Assembly (NCBI RefSeq): GCF_001949145.1
Contig: NW_019091355.1
Span: 1,635,107-1,699,106 of the forward strand
Reading direction: 5' to 3'
Length of the DNA: 64,000 nt
From: Acanthaster planci
Lineage: Eukaryota
Shown in pieces: positions 51,828 through 64,000 of this stretch. Numbering within the stretch: position 1 is the stretch's first letter; the number at the start of each line of letters is the position of its first letter. The position numbers and the translations under genes are program-made. Under the pieces are notes generated by a model. It made no database searches. It saw only the letters and a list, made by a program, of their open reading frames with translations, and had not been told where the DNA came from.

Positions 51828-53353
51828 CGACTTGCCAATGAAACGAACACTGACTTCTGATCCACCTGACATTGCTTCACATGAACACAAACTTTAACGC
51901 AAGAGTGCGCTTTGCGCACGTGGTTTACATAACTTCAGCAAAAGAAAATTGTTAAAAGCTATGTCATTCCAGCGGCGGATTTAACACTCCACTTTCTTTT
52001 GCTCAGTAAACATTTTCATTTCTGTCATGAGAATTAAAATCTATGACAAGCAGAACGAAAACCACTTCTGAAGGGCTTCGGTGAGTGAACCCCATTTTCT
52101 CATTCCTCTGCAAGTTTTGCCACTCCTATTTTTGGGAAACGCCATGGACATCGCAATCTTTTTTTTTCTTTTTTTTTCTGTAAATTACGCAACTCATTTC
52201 TGGGAACAGTTGCAACCAGTTCTGGGTTTCTTTTCTTTAGATGTGCATTTGATAATGGATTTTGTTTCTTTTTTCTTTTTTTTTTACTATGCGGGGCATG
52301 TAATCAAAATGAGGAAATATTTCGAGATATTTTTTTCGCAAACCGGAAGCATCTCACGGTATCACTCACCACCTGTTGTTCTGCAAATATCCTGTCTGAC
52401 GAACTTTGCACCTGGAGTTGTTTGAACACACCTCATTTTGTGCAGTCGCGGTGGGGGAAAATGCCGAAGGTATAGCATGCGCGCTGTAATGTGACATTCT
52501 TTTGGGTGTTTTGTCGGTTTCTTTGCAGGTGTCAAAATATTATGCCATCTGTAACTTTGTGTTGACTGCCACGTGGATTTCCATGAATTCACCAATATGG
52601 AAGTATTGTTTGCCACCGAACAACGCTATTGCACAATGTCTTTTTTTAGGTATGACCAACATGGTTGTGAATGTTTGTCAAAGCAAGGTTACAAGCTTTA
52701 ACACTTTGCAGAATTTTTAACATGGATGGATTCATTGTTAAAATCAAAGCGCTCTTCACAAAGAAATCCTTGAAAATTAAATATTTATTTGCTTTACTGT
52801 ACAAAAAAAACTTGCAGGTGAAATTCTCATATAATTCATGTACAAATATAATTCAACTCAATAATTACACTGTACAGCGACACGAAGGTGCACATGGCCA
52901 AACAATATTTTTTCCTGTTTGCTTTTTTTCATGTACAAATTAATCCAAATAATATTGCATAATAACAGCTTTTTGTGTCTTCACATCCAACATAAATATA
53001 CACACATGATCAATGAAAGACGAGCATTAATCTTTTGTCGTTCAGTTTTGCAGCTGAACAAACAATACTCTCTGGAAAATAATTATTACTGAATTTGATA
53101 ATTGCTAATGAATACAACGGGTAAATTACAATGTAAAATCGCAATGATTACAATAAATAAAATGAAAACATCTCAACAGATAAAGACAGCATGGTAAACT
53201 TTTTTAAACAAAAGCAATACTCCTACGATTGACATCTGTCTCACAAAAAAAATGAGGTTAACTATAGTTCATATTTTTTCCCCAAGAGCGGCACAACTGA
53301 AGAGTTTGTTTATAGAATTCGATAAATAAACTGTTTTGAAAATAAACTCTTCG

Positions 53354-53492
53354 TGAGATATAGGCTTGCGGGTACACCACGGAATCAATCCTCTTTTGGA
53401 AGAGGTGCGGTTCTTAGAAGAACCGGTGATTTAAAACCACACATCCTCCAAAAGAGATCGATACCATGGTGTACCCGCAAGCCTATATCTCA
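53354..53492. repeat. About 140-bp near-perfect palindrome (fold-back element)
   Basis: tgagatataggcttgcgggtacacca...tggtgtacccgcaagcctatatctca, with imperfect pairing continuing to a short loop. Confidence 0.85.
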
Positions 53493-55734
53493 TGTAACTT
53501 CCATCATGCAAAGCTTCAGATCTAGGCCGTGTCCGAAACGGGCTTCCACAACTACGGCTAGGTCTATTGTCCACGCGTCTCCACACATTTCCAATAGAGC
53601 GAAGACCTAGACCTAGCTCTAGACAACAGATTTGGATGCAGCCTTAAACTCTTTGTACATGTACACGTTCAGGGAATGCCCATAATCACAACCTTCTGCG
53701 TCGCGTAAAGATCTTCCTCTTTTTTTTACATCAACAAACCAACCGTGCTCAGTTGTAACTTGCAATGCAATTCGGTGGAAGTAACGAACGTTGCTCTTGA
53801 AATCACTCTTTATTACACCATGGCAACGACACTAACCGTTGCAATCCAGAGTGGCTAAACAAAATGCCAGAAATGTGGGTACGTAGACATTTCTACTTGC
53901 GAATTGCCGTCTAAACTAAGTAGATGGGGGACAGTTTTTTTTTACCAATCGTTGATGCGGTATCGGTTGTTCACTTCAACTTTGCAATGATGTTCGTTTA
54001 TGTTATACAGAGATCAGTTACAAACCTTTTTTGACTAGGGATAGAAGAGTTTGCATTAATTACAGGGAAGAAGTTATGTGCTATAGTGTCCAAAAAAGGA
54101 AGAAGTGTGGATTAACCTGCATAAAAATGTATTTCTAGAAGTCTCTGTTGCATAAACGTGCATTGTAACAAATTTGTCACATTAGGAGACATACATGTAA
54201 GGTGCATAAAGTGATCTGCGATGAGATCTGAAACTGCTGAAATGAGATCCTTTCTCAGTTCGAAATGAAGATCAAGAACTCAGCAGTGTACGTCAAAAAG
54301 AACTCCACCGTATGTGCACAACGTATGTGTAGGCATGAAACGGGGTTATACAGTTTTTGTTGGAACGAATATTGTATTTTCTTTTGGAAAGCTGATTTTA
54401 TCCTGATAATCCCGGTCAGTCATCATGATCCCATTTAACTTTTACATGTAGCTGTAACAGCAAATTAAAACTGCCCTAATTGTGCTCAGTTCACTTTCTT
54501 CTCTGCAGATTTTCAAGGGCTTTTGATGCGAGAATTTTTCAAACGCTCAGTCCTGTATCTTCTGAAAAGATTCTCAATTAACGGAACTGAAAAGTATAAC
54601 TGAATAGACCTGCTCGCCAAAATAGCAGAAATCATGATCGATGAATTACCAAATTATTATAGTTGCCAGCCTAGCAATATGAGAATAATTACTACATCTA
54701 TTCCATGTTTGAAAAGTAAAAGTAGGAAATGTTTCAGAGAATTTTTCTACCCTACCAAATTGAAAACAAAAGTAAGAATCAAAAAAAAAAAACCTGTGTG
54801 AATATTCAAAGACAATGCATAATGCATTAATTTTCATACAGGTATGCTTCTCTTTGCTTTTTCTCGACATTTACTGCTGTATTAATCTGAGTATTAAAAT
54901 GACAAGACCACGTACATTCACTCGTTCACGACAATCTCACATCACAACATCTTTATGTGATATTCTAAAAACTACACGTACATAATCCGTATGAAGTACA
55001 GTGTACTTCTAGAACAAAGTTAATTTAAAAAAAGATCCCCTTTGGTCTATCACACATGACTGTACCATCTTGCACTTGCACTTTATTTTACAATAAAGAT
55101 CGCAAGTTGGAAAATTGTCACACCGTAGAAAAGTGATAAAAGTGGTAGGTAATAAATAAACTTTCACATGTACATTGGTCATCAGGTGTACATGTAACTC
55201 ACGACTGACAACACACTGATACGTCACACATTACAAAATATATGATGCTCGAAGAAACTAGGACAAATACTGCCTTGAACTGAACTCGTTACTTTTTGCA
55301 CTAGTACCATTTAAGGTGATGCTTTACGTACAAATTGATAGTTTTCTTCTTTCACTGATGTTATTATTCAACTTTTCCTTCTGAGAAGTTTCTGATTTGA
55401 TAAAAAAATCTCAACTCATTTCTAACACACACACCTCTGCCTGTGACAAAAAGGAGTCAAGATTCTTGAAGTTGAAAATCACCAGTTGTCAAGAACTGAC
55501 CAACTGATCAAAAAAGTCATATCCTTCAGGATTCGGAATGACTGTAATTCAGGATCACTGTAATTACTACTGACCACCATTGGAATCGTGGATGAAAACC
55601 GAAACGCTGAAAAAAAAAATTCCATGATTTCGTTGCCAGCATGGGATGGCTCAGGGTGCCACTGAAACCACTCAGGTCCAATGTCCACATACAAACTATG
55701 TGATGGATAAATAGAGCAAACATATCTCTACTTG

Positions 55735-58700
55735 TCATAGGTTGATATACTCTTCAGAGCGTTCTACTTTCCTAGCCTCACTGAAGACCACTGTGTCAAC
55801 ATCAGCGGTGAAACTGATCCCATTGTCCTGATTTGTAGGTTGTCCCCTTTTGGCTTGAAGTTGGTTGTACTCCATGCTGGGGGGAGCTGAAGATGTGCCA
55901 ATGTTTCCTTCTAAGGGTGGGGGGTTCTCTAACATAAACTGGGTGAGGCTTTCACTGAATTCAGCATCATCCAAGATGTCTACTTCAACAGGGTTGTCGA
56001 TACTCTCCATCCGAGCCTTCAGGCTGGCACGCCGGGCCACATTCTCCCGGTCAATGCTGGCATAGTTATGCTTGTGCCGTGGTCGCGGGATGTCCATCTT
56101 GACTGCGCCCTCAGAGCCCCCGCGCTTGCGCAGGAAGCGCTCCACGAAGCCCATGCTCGCTTTCCTGTCTCCCGGTGGGGTCCCCGCAAACCCGCGGGTG
56201 GGGCGCTCGCGGAGGCTCATGGCACGCTGGCTGAAGCGCATTGGGGAGAGTGAGCTCACCTCTCCACTCACCGTAGCCGAGCGCTTCAGCTTTGACTGCA
56301 GGAAGGAGGGCTTCTTCTCACCTGAGTGCAGCGGGCTCTGCGGCATGGTCTGGATGATGGGGCTGGAATGCTGACGTGACTGGAAACGCTTCAACTTTTC
56401 TTCATACACGGGCTTCATGATTAGATAACCGTCACCATCTGGATCATCATTATCATTGGGATCACGACACCATGCTGTGCCGTCACCAGGGGTGGTGAAG
56501 ACAACCGAGGGATCTGTATTGCAGCGTTTACGTCTTGGGATGTTCACGGACTTGTCTTCAAAGGACCGGGCCTTTGCCTCATCTGCAGCAGACAAAATCA
56601 TGGATATTAACAAGATTAATATTATAATCTAACTGGCACAAAAAATCTCAGAAAATACACTACAAACTGCAATTATCAAGCTCTTAAATTGGACTACACT
56701 TGAATACACATAACATGGAAAATTACCCAATGAATAATCAGCCCTTTGTAAGGACTGCCTTCTCCTAGTGATGTAGGATGTGACAGATGGGGCACTGGAT
56801 ATTGGGCTCTCTGGTCTCCGTTCGATTGATCCTTTCCTCGCGTACACAAAAGTCTCTACGTCTTCATCTCTTTGTCCCATCACTCTCTGGAAGTCAGGAT
56901 CTGAACTCCGAGATGGGAATTTTAGTGCTGTGGTATCGATGGGAGGGGATGATGGCCGCTCGTCGTGGCTGCGGGAGTGAATCTTGGCAAAAGCTCTCTG
57001 GTAGGACGCCCCGATGGAGGACTGTCGTGGCCGGCTGAAGGATGCACTGCGGGAGGTTTGGGACTCGAGTAGGGACTCACTCGCCGAGCTAACTGACTCA
57101 CTGCTGCTGCTGGAGGTGCTGTTGAGTCTGAGCTTCGCTAGAGGCCCGACGGGCTTCACCAGATCCCCGTGCTGGAATGGAACTGGAATGTTGCTGCGGG
57201 CATCTCTTGGTGGACGGCCCCTGGAGGTCCTCTCTGCGTTTGGCAAATCCTGGAGCATGTCTTGCAGGGTGCTTGCTGGCAGGAGATCATTGAATGGTGG
57301 GGGGAGAGTATCCGAGTACTCCAGGGAAGGGTGAACTGACAGGCTCCTGGCATTCCCTGACTTACTTGATGGAGGTCTGGAGTTCTCATGCTCATATTTT
57401 GAAAGTAAATAATCCTCGTTAAGTGGCAAGCTCATAGTTCGTGCATGCACAGAATTACTGGAAAATTTAGGTGTCTGCTTTTTACTTTGCTCTGGTGTGT
57501 TCTCCAGAGCATGTACATGGACCTGACTCCTGTTCAGGTTTTTGCTGTCTGCAGGACCCTGTTGATTGGACCCTTTGCCATTTTTAGGTGGGGGAAGATT
57601 GACATATTCATGTTCTTCCCTGTCGCTGTCCACACCAGGGACATTCTTGCCTCCCTGGCAGATTGCACAAGCCTCGTGCAGTTCACCCATGTGGGGCTCA
57701 TTGCCATTGGAGGAGTCCTCCGCCCCCCTGAGGTGGTTGAAAGAGGCCATGATCTCGTAGTTCTGTTCCCGGATGGGCGTGGTCTTCTTGGGAGAACGCA
57801 GCCCGTCACAGGTGTTGAAAATGGTCTCCACGCTGCTGCCACTGCTGCTACTACTGCCACCACCACTCGCTGCCCAGGACTGGTCCATCTCAATCATCTC
57901 AATAAAGCGGCCGCCCAGGGCCTGGTTGCGATAGAGCTGGTTCCGTCGGTTGGAGCAGTGCTCCAGCATAGTCGGGCTCCTGATCTGGTTGGTGCCCAAT
58001 TGGTAGGGTAGCGTCCCTCCCTGTCCATTGCCGTCTCCCGACAGGTGGTCGCCATTCTTGCTTGAGCCCAGTAAGCAACGCAATTCCTCCGAGAAGTCTT
58101 TCCTCCTAGGAACTAGCTCCTCGTGAATGGACACTGCCAACAAAAAAAATTATTAAATACTTCACTCGTTCACTGAATGAATACAAACAAGTTCAGATTT
58201 AGTGTTTAAGCTATGACCTGGTGGGGCTGTAATTAAAATCAGACAACCAACAGCCTATAACCACGCCAGGAAACTTGCAAACATTTGAGGGATTTTCAAT
58301 GATCAAAGAATGGTCTTTCCTGATTGAAGAAACACAACGCTAGCAAGCACAGCAAATCTCTCATAATTCCACACCCCACAGGAAGGCCCCTGCCTTGGGT
58401 AGACTTATGTAGAGTGCATAAATGTATGATGCTGGCACAGTGAGTGGGACATGCCCAATTGGATTTGGAAAAGTGAGATGCATCAAACAGGAGTTCACGG
58501 GTTTCAGTAAATGGCAGAAAACCTACCTGTGCTGGATACATGGGACCACCTGTTGGACGTACAGCTGCTGTATGTCGCAGCATCAAAATGAGACTTGAGA
58601 GATTCCGCTTGCTGCGTGATCACAATGAAAGCACCCCCATCTGTGGAGAGGACAGGTAAATATTTATGACATGCACATCATCTTGAAAAAACCAGACTCT

Positions 58701-61248
58701 TAAAGCTACATGGTCACATTTTAGTGAGGTGTTGCTGGGACAAGCAGTGGTAGGTCTAGGTTCAAATTCTTAGAATTATTAAAACAGGTTTAAATCCTAG
58801 CAGAGAGTAGAGTTTATGAATCTAGGGCAAAATTCAAAAAGTTGCTCAGTACGAAATTTTGCTTAACTTAAAAATGTACTGCTCAGAAAAGCAAAAAGGT
58901 GGGTCACATTTATCTCTTATTGTAAGTGTCCAGGTGGTTGAAAATGTCGTAGAAAAGCGTTCCAGGTTTGTATGACCTCAAGCATGAAGCAGTTAAGAAG
59001 CCCAAATAACGTTGACCCTGATATATGAGGGTATGGATAAGCAGTAGGGTTGGTACACATGCATCCCTTCGCAACAAATTCAAAATTTTGGTCTCACCTT
59101 TACTAGTTGATCTCACTTCGAAGGCGAAGCCTTCCTCAACAAGGCCGTAGCGGGACAGGTTGGACAGACTCCAACCACCGACCAGCCTTGAGGGCACCTC
59201 GTCGGTGATGGCAAAGTGGTTGTCGTGGAAATAGAGGAGACCAGGGCCTGGCCGGAGACGGCCCCCATTGGGCACTTTCACCGTACATTTGAATTTGCTG
59301 GATGCTGGAGAGGGCAAAGAAAGTGCCACATAATTTGAAAACAACTCATGTTGATACCTTTCTCTTGTTGTCTGATCAGAACAGATGCTGCATAAGCGAG
59401 CCTTTTTGTCTCAAATTGGCCACTTGACAGTGAATCACCTGGTTTCATTGTTAACATGTACAGTGTCGGTGCAGAATTGCGCAAATCAAAAATGAACACA
59501 AAAGTAATGTAAATTATGAACTCATTGCTATTTACACATAAAAAGCTGAACTTTGACAAAACATTGCAAAAATGTGCCGAGTCCTTGCACAAAAGGTTGC
59601 TGTTTGGAATAAGGTACATGTACCATAAATCTGAGGTATTCTTCTAAAGCAAAATCAAAAGTGGCCTTCCCAGTTTCATTGGTGATATGAGATACACAAG
59701 TACATGTATGTTTTGAAGTATTCTGATTAATTTCACTTCAAACTTCTTTTGTTTATTCATTGGAACTATTCCAGGTTATTTTCCAAGAATTTCTGGGATA
59801 AAGCAGTATCAGTATTACTTCAGTATTTGGGGTCCGATGGGTTAAAGCTAAAAGGGACTACATGTGCTTACACTGTAATGCATATCTAATGTAATCCCCG
59901 AATATTTACACATGTACATGTAAGCATTGAAATGACTGGAACACATCACAAAAAATCATGTTGAATTTTTTAACACATGAATGTACATATAACTTTGATG
60001 CGAGTGGGGTGTAATGTGGAAGATTGACAAATTAACGAGAAAAAATATAAACGATAAACAGAGACATCAAGCATGCATTTCCAAAAAAGGTGCAAGCCAT
60101 TTTATTGTTTTTCCCTCACAAAAAGCCAAGATGTTAAGTGAAACTTTATACATGAGGTTCTGTTACCGGAGCAGTTTAGGTCTGAATAATTGATACAAAT
60201 GGGGGTATTTGTTGGCAATCCAACAATGGAGGCCCCGGCTCCATTTCCAGCAGATTGATGAGATGACATCAATTTAAAGTGCACCACGCAGAATGATGGT
60301 GCAGAGCCTGCATAATAAACCCTACATGAATTTCAGACATTTCAATTATACATTGCAGGTATGACTTATGGTTCCTGGNNNNNNNNNNNNNNNNNNNNNN
60401 NNNNNNNNNNNNNNNNNNNNNNNNNNNNNNNNNNNNNNNNNNNNNNNNNNNNNNNNNNNNNNNNNNNNNNNNNNNNNNNNNNNNNNNNNNNNNNNNNNNN
60501 NNNNNNNNNNNNNNNNNNNNNNNNNNNNNNNNNNNNNNNNNNNNNNNNNNNNNNNNNNNNNNNNNNNNNNNNNNNNNNNNNNNNNNNNNNNNNNNNNNNN
60601 NNNNNNNNNNNNNNNNNNNNNNNNNNNNNNNNNNNNNNNNNNNNNNNNNNNNNNNNNNNNNNNNNNNNNNNNNNNNNNNNNNNNNNNNNNNNNNNNNNNN
60701 NNNNNNNNNNNNNNNNNNNNNNNNNNNNNNNNNNNNNNNNNNNNNNNNNNNNNNNNNNNNNNNNNNNNNNNNNNNNNNNNNNNNNNNNNNNNNNNNNNNN
60801 NNNNNNNNNNNNNNNNNNNNNNNNNNNNNNNNNNNNNNNNNNNNNNNNNNNNNNNNNNNNNNNNNNNNNNNNNNNNNNNNNNNNNNNNNNNNNNNNNNNN
60901 NNNNNNNNNNNNNNNNNNNNNNNNNNNNNNNNNNNNNNNNNNNNNNNNNNNNNNNNNNNNNNNNNNNNNNNNNNNNNNAGGGCGTACAGACAGCCCGGGG
61001 AAACTCACCGTTTCCCAGCGTCACATAAGTCTTCTCAAACCAGGCCAAGAGGTCCTTGTGGCAGGCAAACGAGAGCAAGATGATCTGATCCAGACAGACG
61101 ACGGTCAGCACAAAGGGGTTCTTGGGGTGGCGGATGCAGGACTCCACACCGCAGAAGTTCTGGGCCGAGATGACAATCTGTTCCCTGCGGATCTCCTTCC
61201 CTGCCAGCAGCTGGTCCTGTCCCTTGTAGAATTTCAGGACAATTTGGT
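55735..61248 (-). CDS. DOK7: Dok-7-like docking protein (PH + IRS-type PTB + long Ser/Pro-rich tail); 5' exons not located
   Basis: Exons 61248-61009 (PH: LKFYK...LSFACHKDLLAWFEK), 59304-59098 (IRS-PTB: GGWSLSNLSRYGLVEEGFAFE, resembling DOK7 WxLSDLRRYGxVxxGFxFE), 58640-58527, 58133-56727, 56582-55735. All junctions are phase 1. The symbol reflects best recalled similarity within the DOK/IRS/FRS family. Confidence 0.75.
60379..60978. other. Assembly gap within an intron of the DOK7-like gene
   Basis: Run of N. Confidence 1.
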
Positions 61249-64000
61249 CTGGAGACGAAGGAAAACAAAACAGTTTGGATTTAGTCTTTCAATGACAGAA
61301 CATTCAGAGCAGAGATTGTTCTGGCACATCAAAGTATTCGATGATCATCGCTGCCAGGTCTGACGAACAATAGTAAACATTCCAAAAATTCCTAATTACT
61401 GCCTGCAGCTTAGGCGGACAAGTGGGGCCAGTGATATCGTAGGAATATTTGTGGTGTTTTCTTTGCAATTAACTACAAGGTATCACAGTGACCAAGAAAC
61501 GGATAGAAAAAAATATTTAACATTAGATTTACTTTTGCCGTTTTGAATGATTTTTTAAATATTTTGATGTCCTTTTCCATTATCCATGCATATATGTTTG
61601 TAATTTTATTTTGTCACTCCAAAACATCAGTTTTCAAAGTCTATGTACGAGTTTGGCTAAGACTGGCCAACAACATGTTGAACACTACAGGACAGTTAAA
61701 TTCACGAAAACCAAAATGCACTGTTTCATTACAGGGAGTGATCATGAGATTTCATAAAATACCTTTTGTATAAATTCCTTAAAAAATATGATTCAAATAA
61801 AACTCAAAATCTTACAAACAACGTGGCTATTTATTCCCAAAAGAAGTCCAGGAGAAAGCGTTTGATAAGGGCAACAACTGCACATGAACACTTCGGGTAC
61901 ACAGCCTAATAAAAGCAACTGAGCAAGCACTAAATTTTACGTTGTTGTCAGATCATACCGAGCACCAACGATGGCATGAATATTCAACTTCCTATACTGC
62001 AGTCCACACCATTTTAAGGATGCAGATTACCAACGAAAAATTGCCGCGATGATCATGGGATACAAAAGGGACTTATGATGGCAAAAACAGGTGGTGCGTA
62101 GCAAGCATGCACTGCGCTCTGGCTATGGACATACCGCAGGCATGCCAGAATGCGATTATTGGCCAGATGTTATAGCACTGGTAGTTTAAACGCCTTACAT
62201 GTATGCGCCCTTCTCCAAGATTTTATAAACAATGTATGTTCAGGGCTGCCTGAAGGCTTGTGAAATTAAGTTCACCAGCTTCCAACCCACAACATCCTGC
62301 TTACTAGTCATGTTATTTTTATTGGCTTGTCCCTTAATCATTAACTTGAGCAACTCTAACGGCTGGTTTCAATGCTAATGACGAGGAGTTGAACAACATT
62401 TCTCTATTGATTTTTTCCTTATTTTGTGAAAATTTTCCCGACTGCAAGCTTGAGCTGTCTACCGATTCCTGCATTTTTTATTGTGCACGTACATGTACAA
62501 GTAAAGTACGCTGATCAAACAGTGTACCATACACTGTACAGGTACATTAATATCTACGTACATGTACAGTACATTAAGTGAAATATGCCATACACATGTT
62601 ACTTTCAAGTTTCTCCCTTTCTGTAGGAGTGATCAAAGTGGCAATTTTGATGACAAATTAATGGTGCACAAGAACATGGAGATCTTAGAAGTTATTTCAA
62701 AATGATTTTTGGAAAATACTGTGTGGAAGCAGATCAACAAGGGATTTGAGAATGGGTTCAAATACACTAAAAACATGTTTAAATGTTCCCCATGTGTAGC
62801 CTGTTTAGCCCCTACCAGTGTCTCTTGATCAATTCGTGTAACATCACTGCCTGGGTTTTTGATATGCATGTGCACACAATGCACCTGTCACCACATCCAC
62901 AGACAACCAAAATGCATCCAGCTCTCTCACTTCCATGCGATCAACTCCGCTAACCCCATGTGACACACACAAACAATTCCTTGGGCTGACTCTTCACTGC
63001 ACACACCCAGCCACCTGTTCAGCCTCAGAATAAAGCCGGTTTTGATTTCCTCTCATCTCTGCTTCCAATCCTCTCTTTAGAAGGATACTCAACCTTTTTT
63101 TGCCTTTTGGGACATCACCCCTTGTTGGTGAGCAGCCTCACATGAAATCCCTGCTCTGAGCAGCGGACAACAAATCCGGCTGTTTACAATTGATTTGGTG
63201 ATATTGATGGGGCACCCTTTTTTTTTCGCTTTCAAAGGGTACATGTGGGCGTGAGAAAAGCCAGTGCATGACGGGGACTTTGTCTTCTAATACACTGTGT
63301 TAGGACTAGGCCAGCTTAATTAATTAGTCAGAGGGTCCATTACAGGTAGATGCCTGGATCTTGTGTCAGATCCACTGTTGCCAATAAACAATATCCAAAA
63401 CTGCATGCACATGGCCTGATGAACTCAATTCACAATGAAGACATCACATTTTGATGCCTGAAACTGAAATTTCTGAATGATTTTAAACCCCCAAGAAAAA
63501 AAATCACACATCAACATGTGAGAATGGCAATACCTTCCAGTTTATTTCATCACTTCTCTGCCAAAGTAATAACTACAGTAGAGTGTACAAGTTAGGTTTG
63601 GCATGGTACCAGTGCTCTGTGTAATTATAATTGTAATTTTTGCAGACCATAAAGCTTCTTAATAAACCTCGTACATGTACGTACAAGTCCATGCAACACC
63701 AGGCACTTTAGGTTTGTCACATCTGCGTAACCAACTCCACCAACTCCACCAACCACATGCATGTGATACATAGTGTACAAACGATTCCTAGGAGTGAATC
63801 TTCATTCCAAACTGCACAATAGTTTACAGTATATATTAGCAAACATCAAGGTGACAAGGATTCTGGCCTCTGACTTTAATGGCTGTTTAAGCCGCAATTT
63901 TAAAAAATCTACGTCAACCAAACATTTGGAAAGTCACCACGTGGAATACGGATAATAAAACGTCTGGCCAACCTGCTTGTAAATGTCACAACGTTCCCAA

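Noticed and set aside
55865..58011. Several plus-strand ORFs up to 188 aa
   Set aside because: Antisense shadows of the GC-rich DOK7-like exons.
60269..61363. Long ORFs spanning the second N-run
   Set aside because: Gap artefacts; only 61248-61009 (-) is a real exon.

Overview
AT-rich, intron-rich animal genomic DNA with two N-gaps (37941-38700, 60379-60978). It is probably from a marine invertebrate such as an echinoderm; that is an inference from repeat style and is not proven. Manual GT-AG splicing with phase checks gives four multi-exon genes. Right half, ordinary host genes: ZCCHC7/Air1-like zinc-knuckle gene (+, 40484-48762) and a 5'-incomplete DOK7-like PH + IRS-PTB adaptor (-, 61248-55735). 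Left half, the unusual part, has two co-oriented minus-strand genes that look mobile-element derived. One is an intact 9-exon KDZ-type (Kyakuja/Dileera/Zisupton) transposase-like gene with CxC5/CxC6-like Cys clusters (37701-23098, about 730 aa). The other is a 17-exon gene (16011-2266, about 815 codons) encoding a DUF927/Cch- or SF3-like P-loop helicase, tandem acidic exons and a C-terminal PHD finger, with one in-frame TGA. Together they suggest a giant intron-bearing DNA transposon carrying its own helicase and chromatin reader, but its ends were not found. Introns contain SINEs, MITEs, LINE and Tc1 relics, and Penelope-type minimal hammerhead motifs. All family assignments come from motif recognition by eye; no database search was run.
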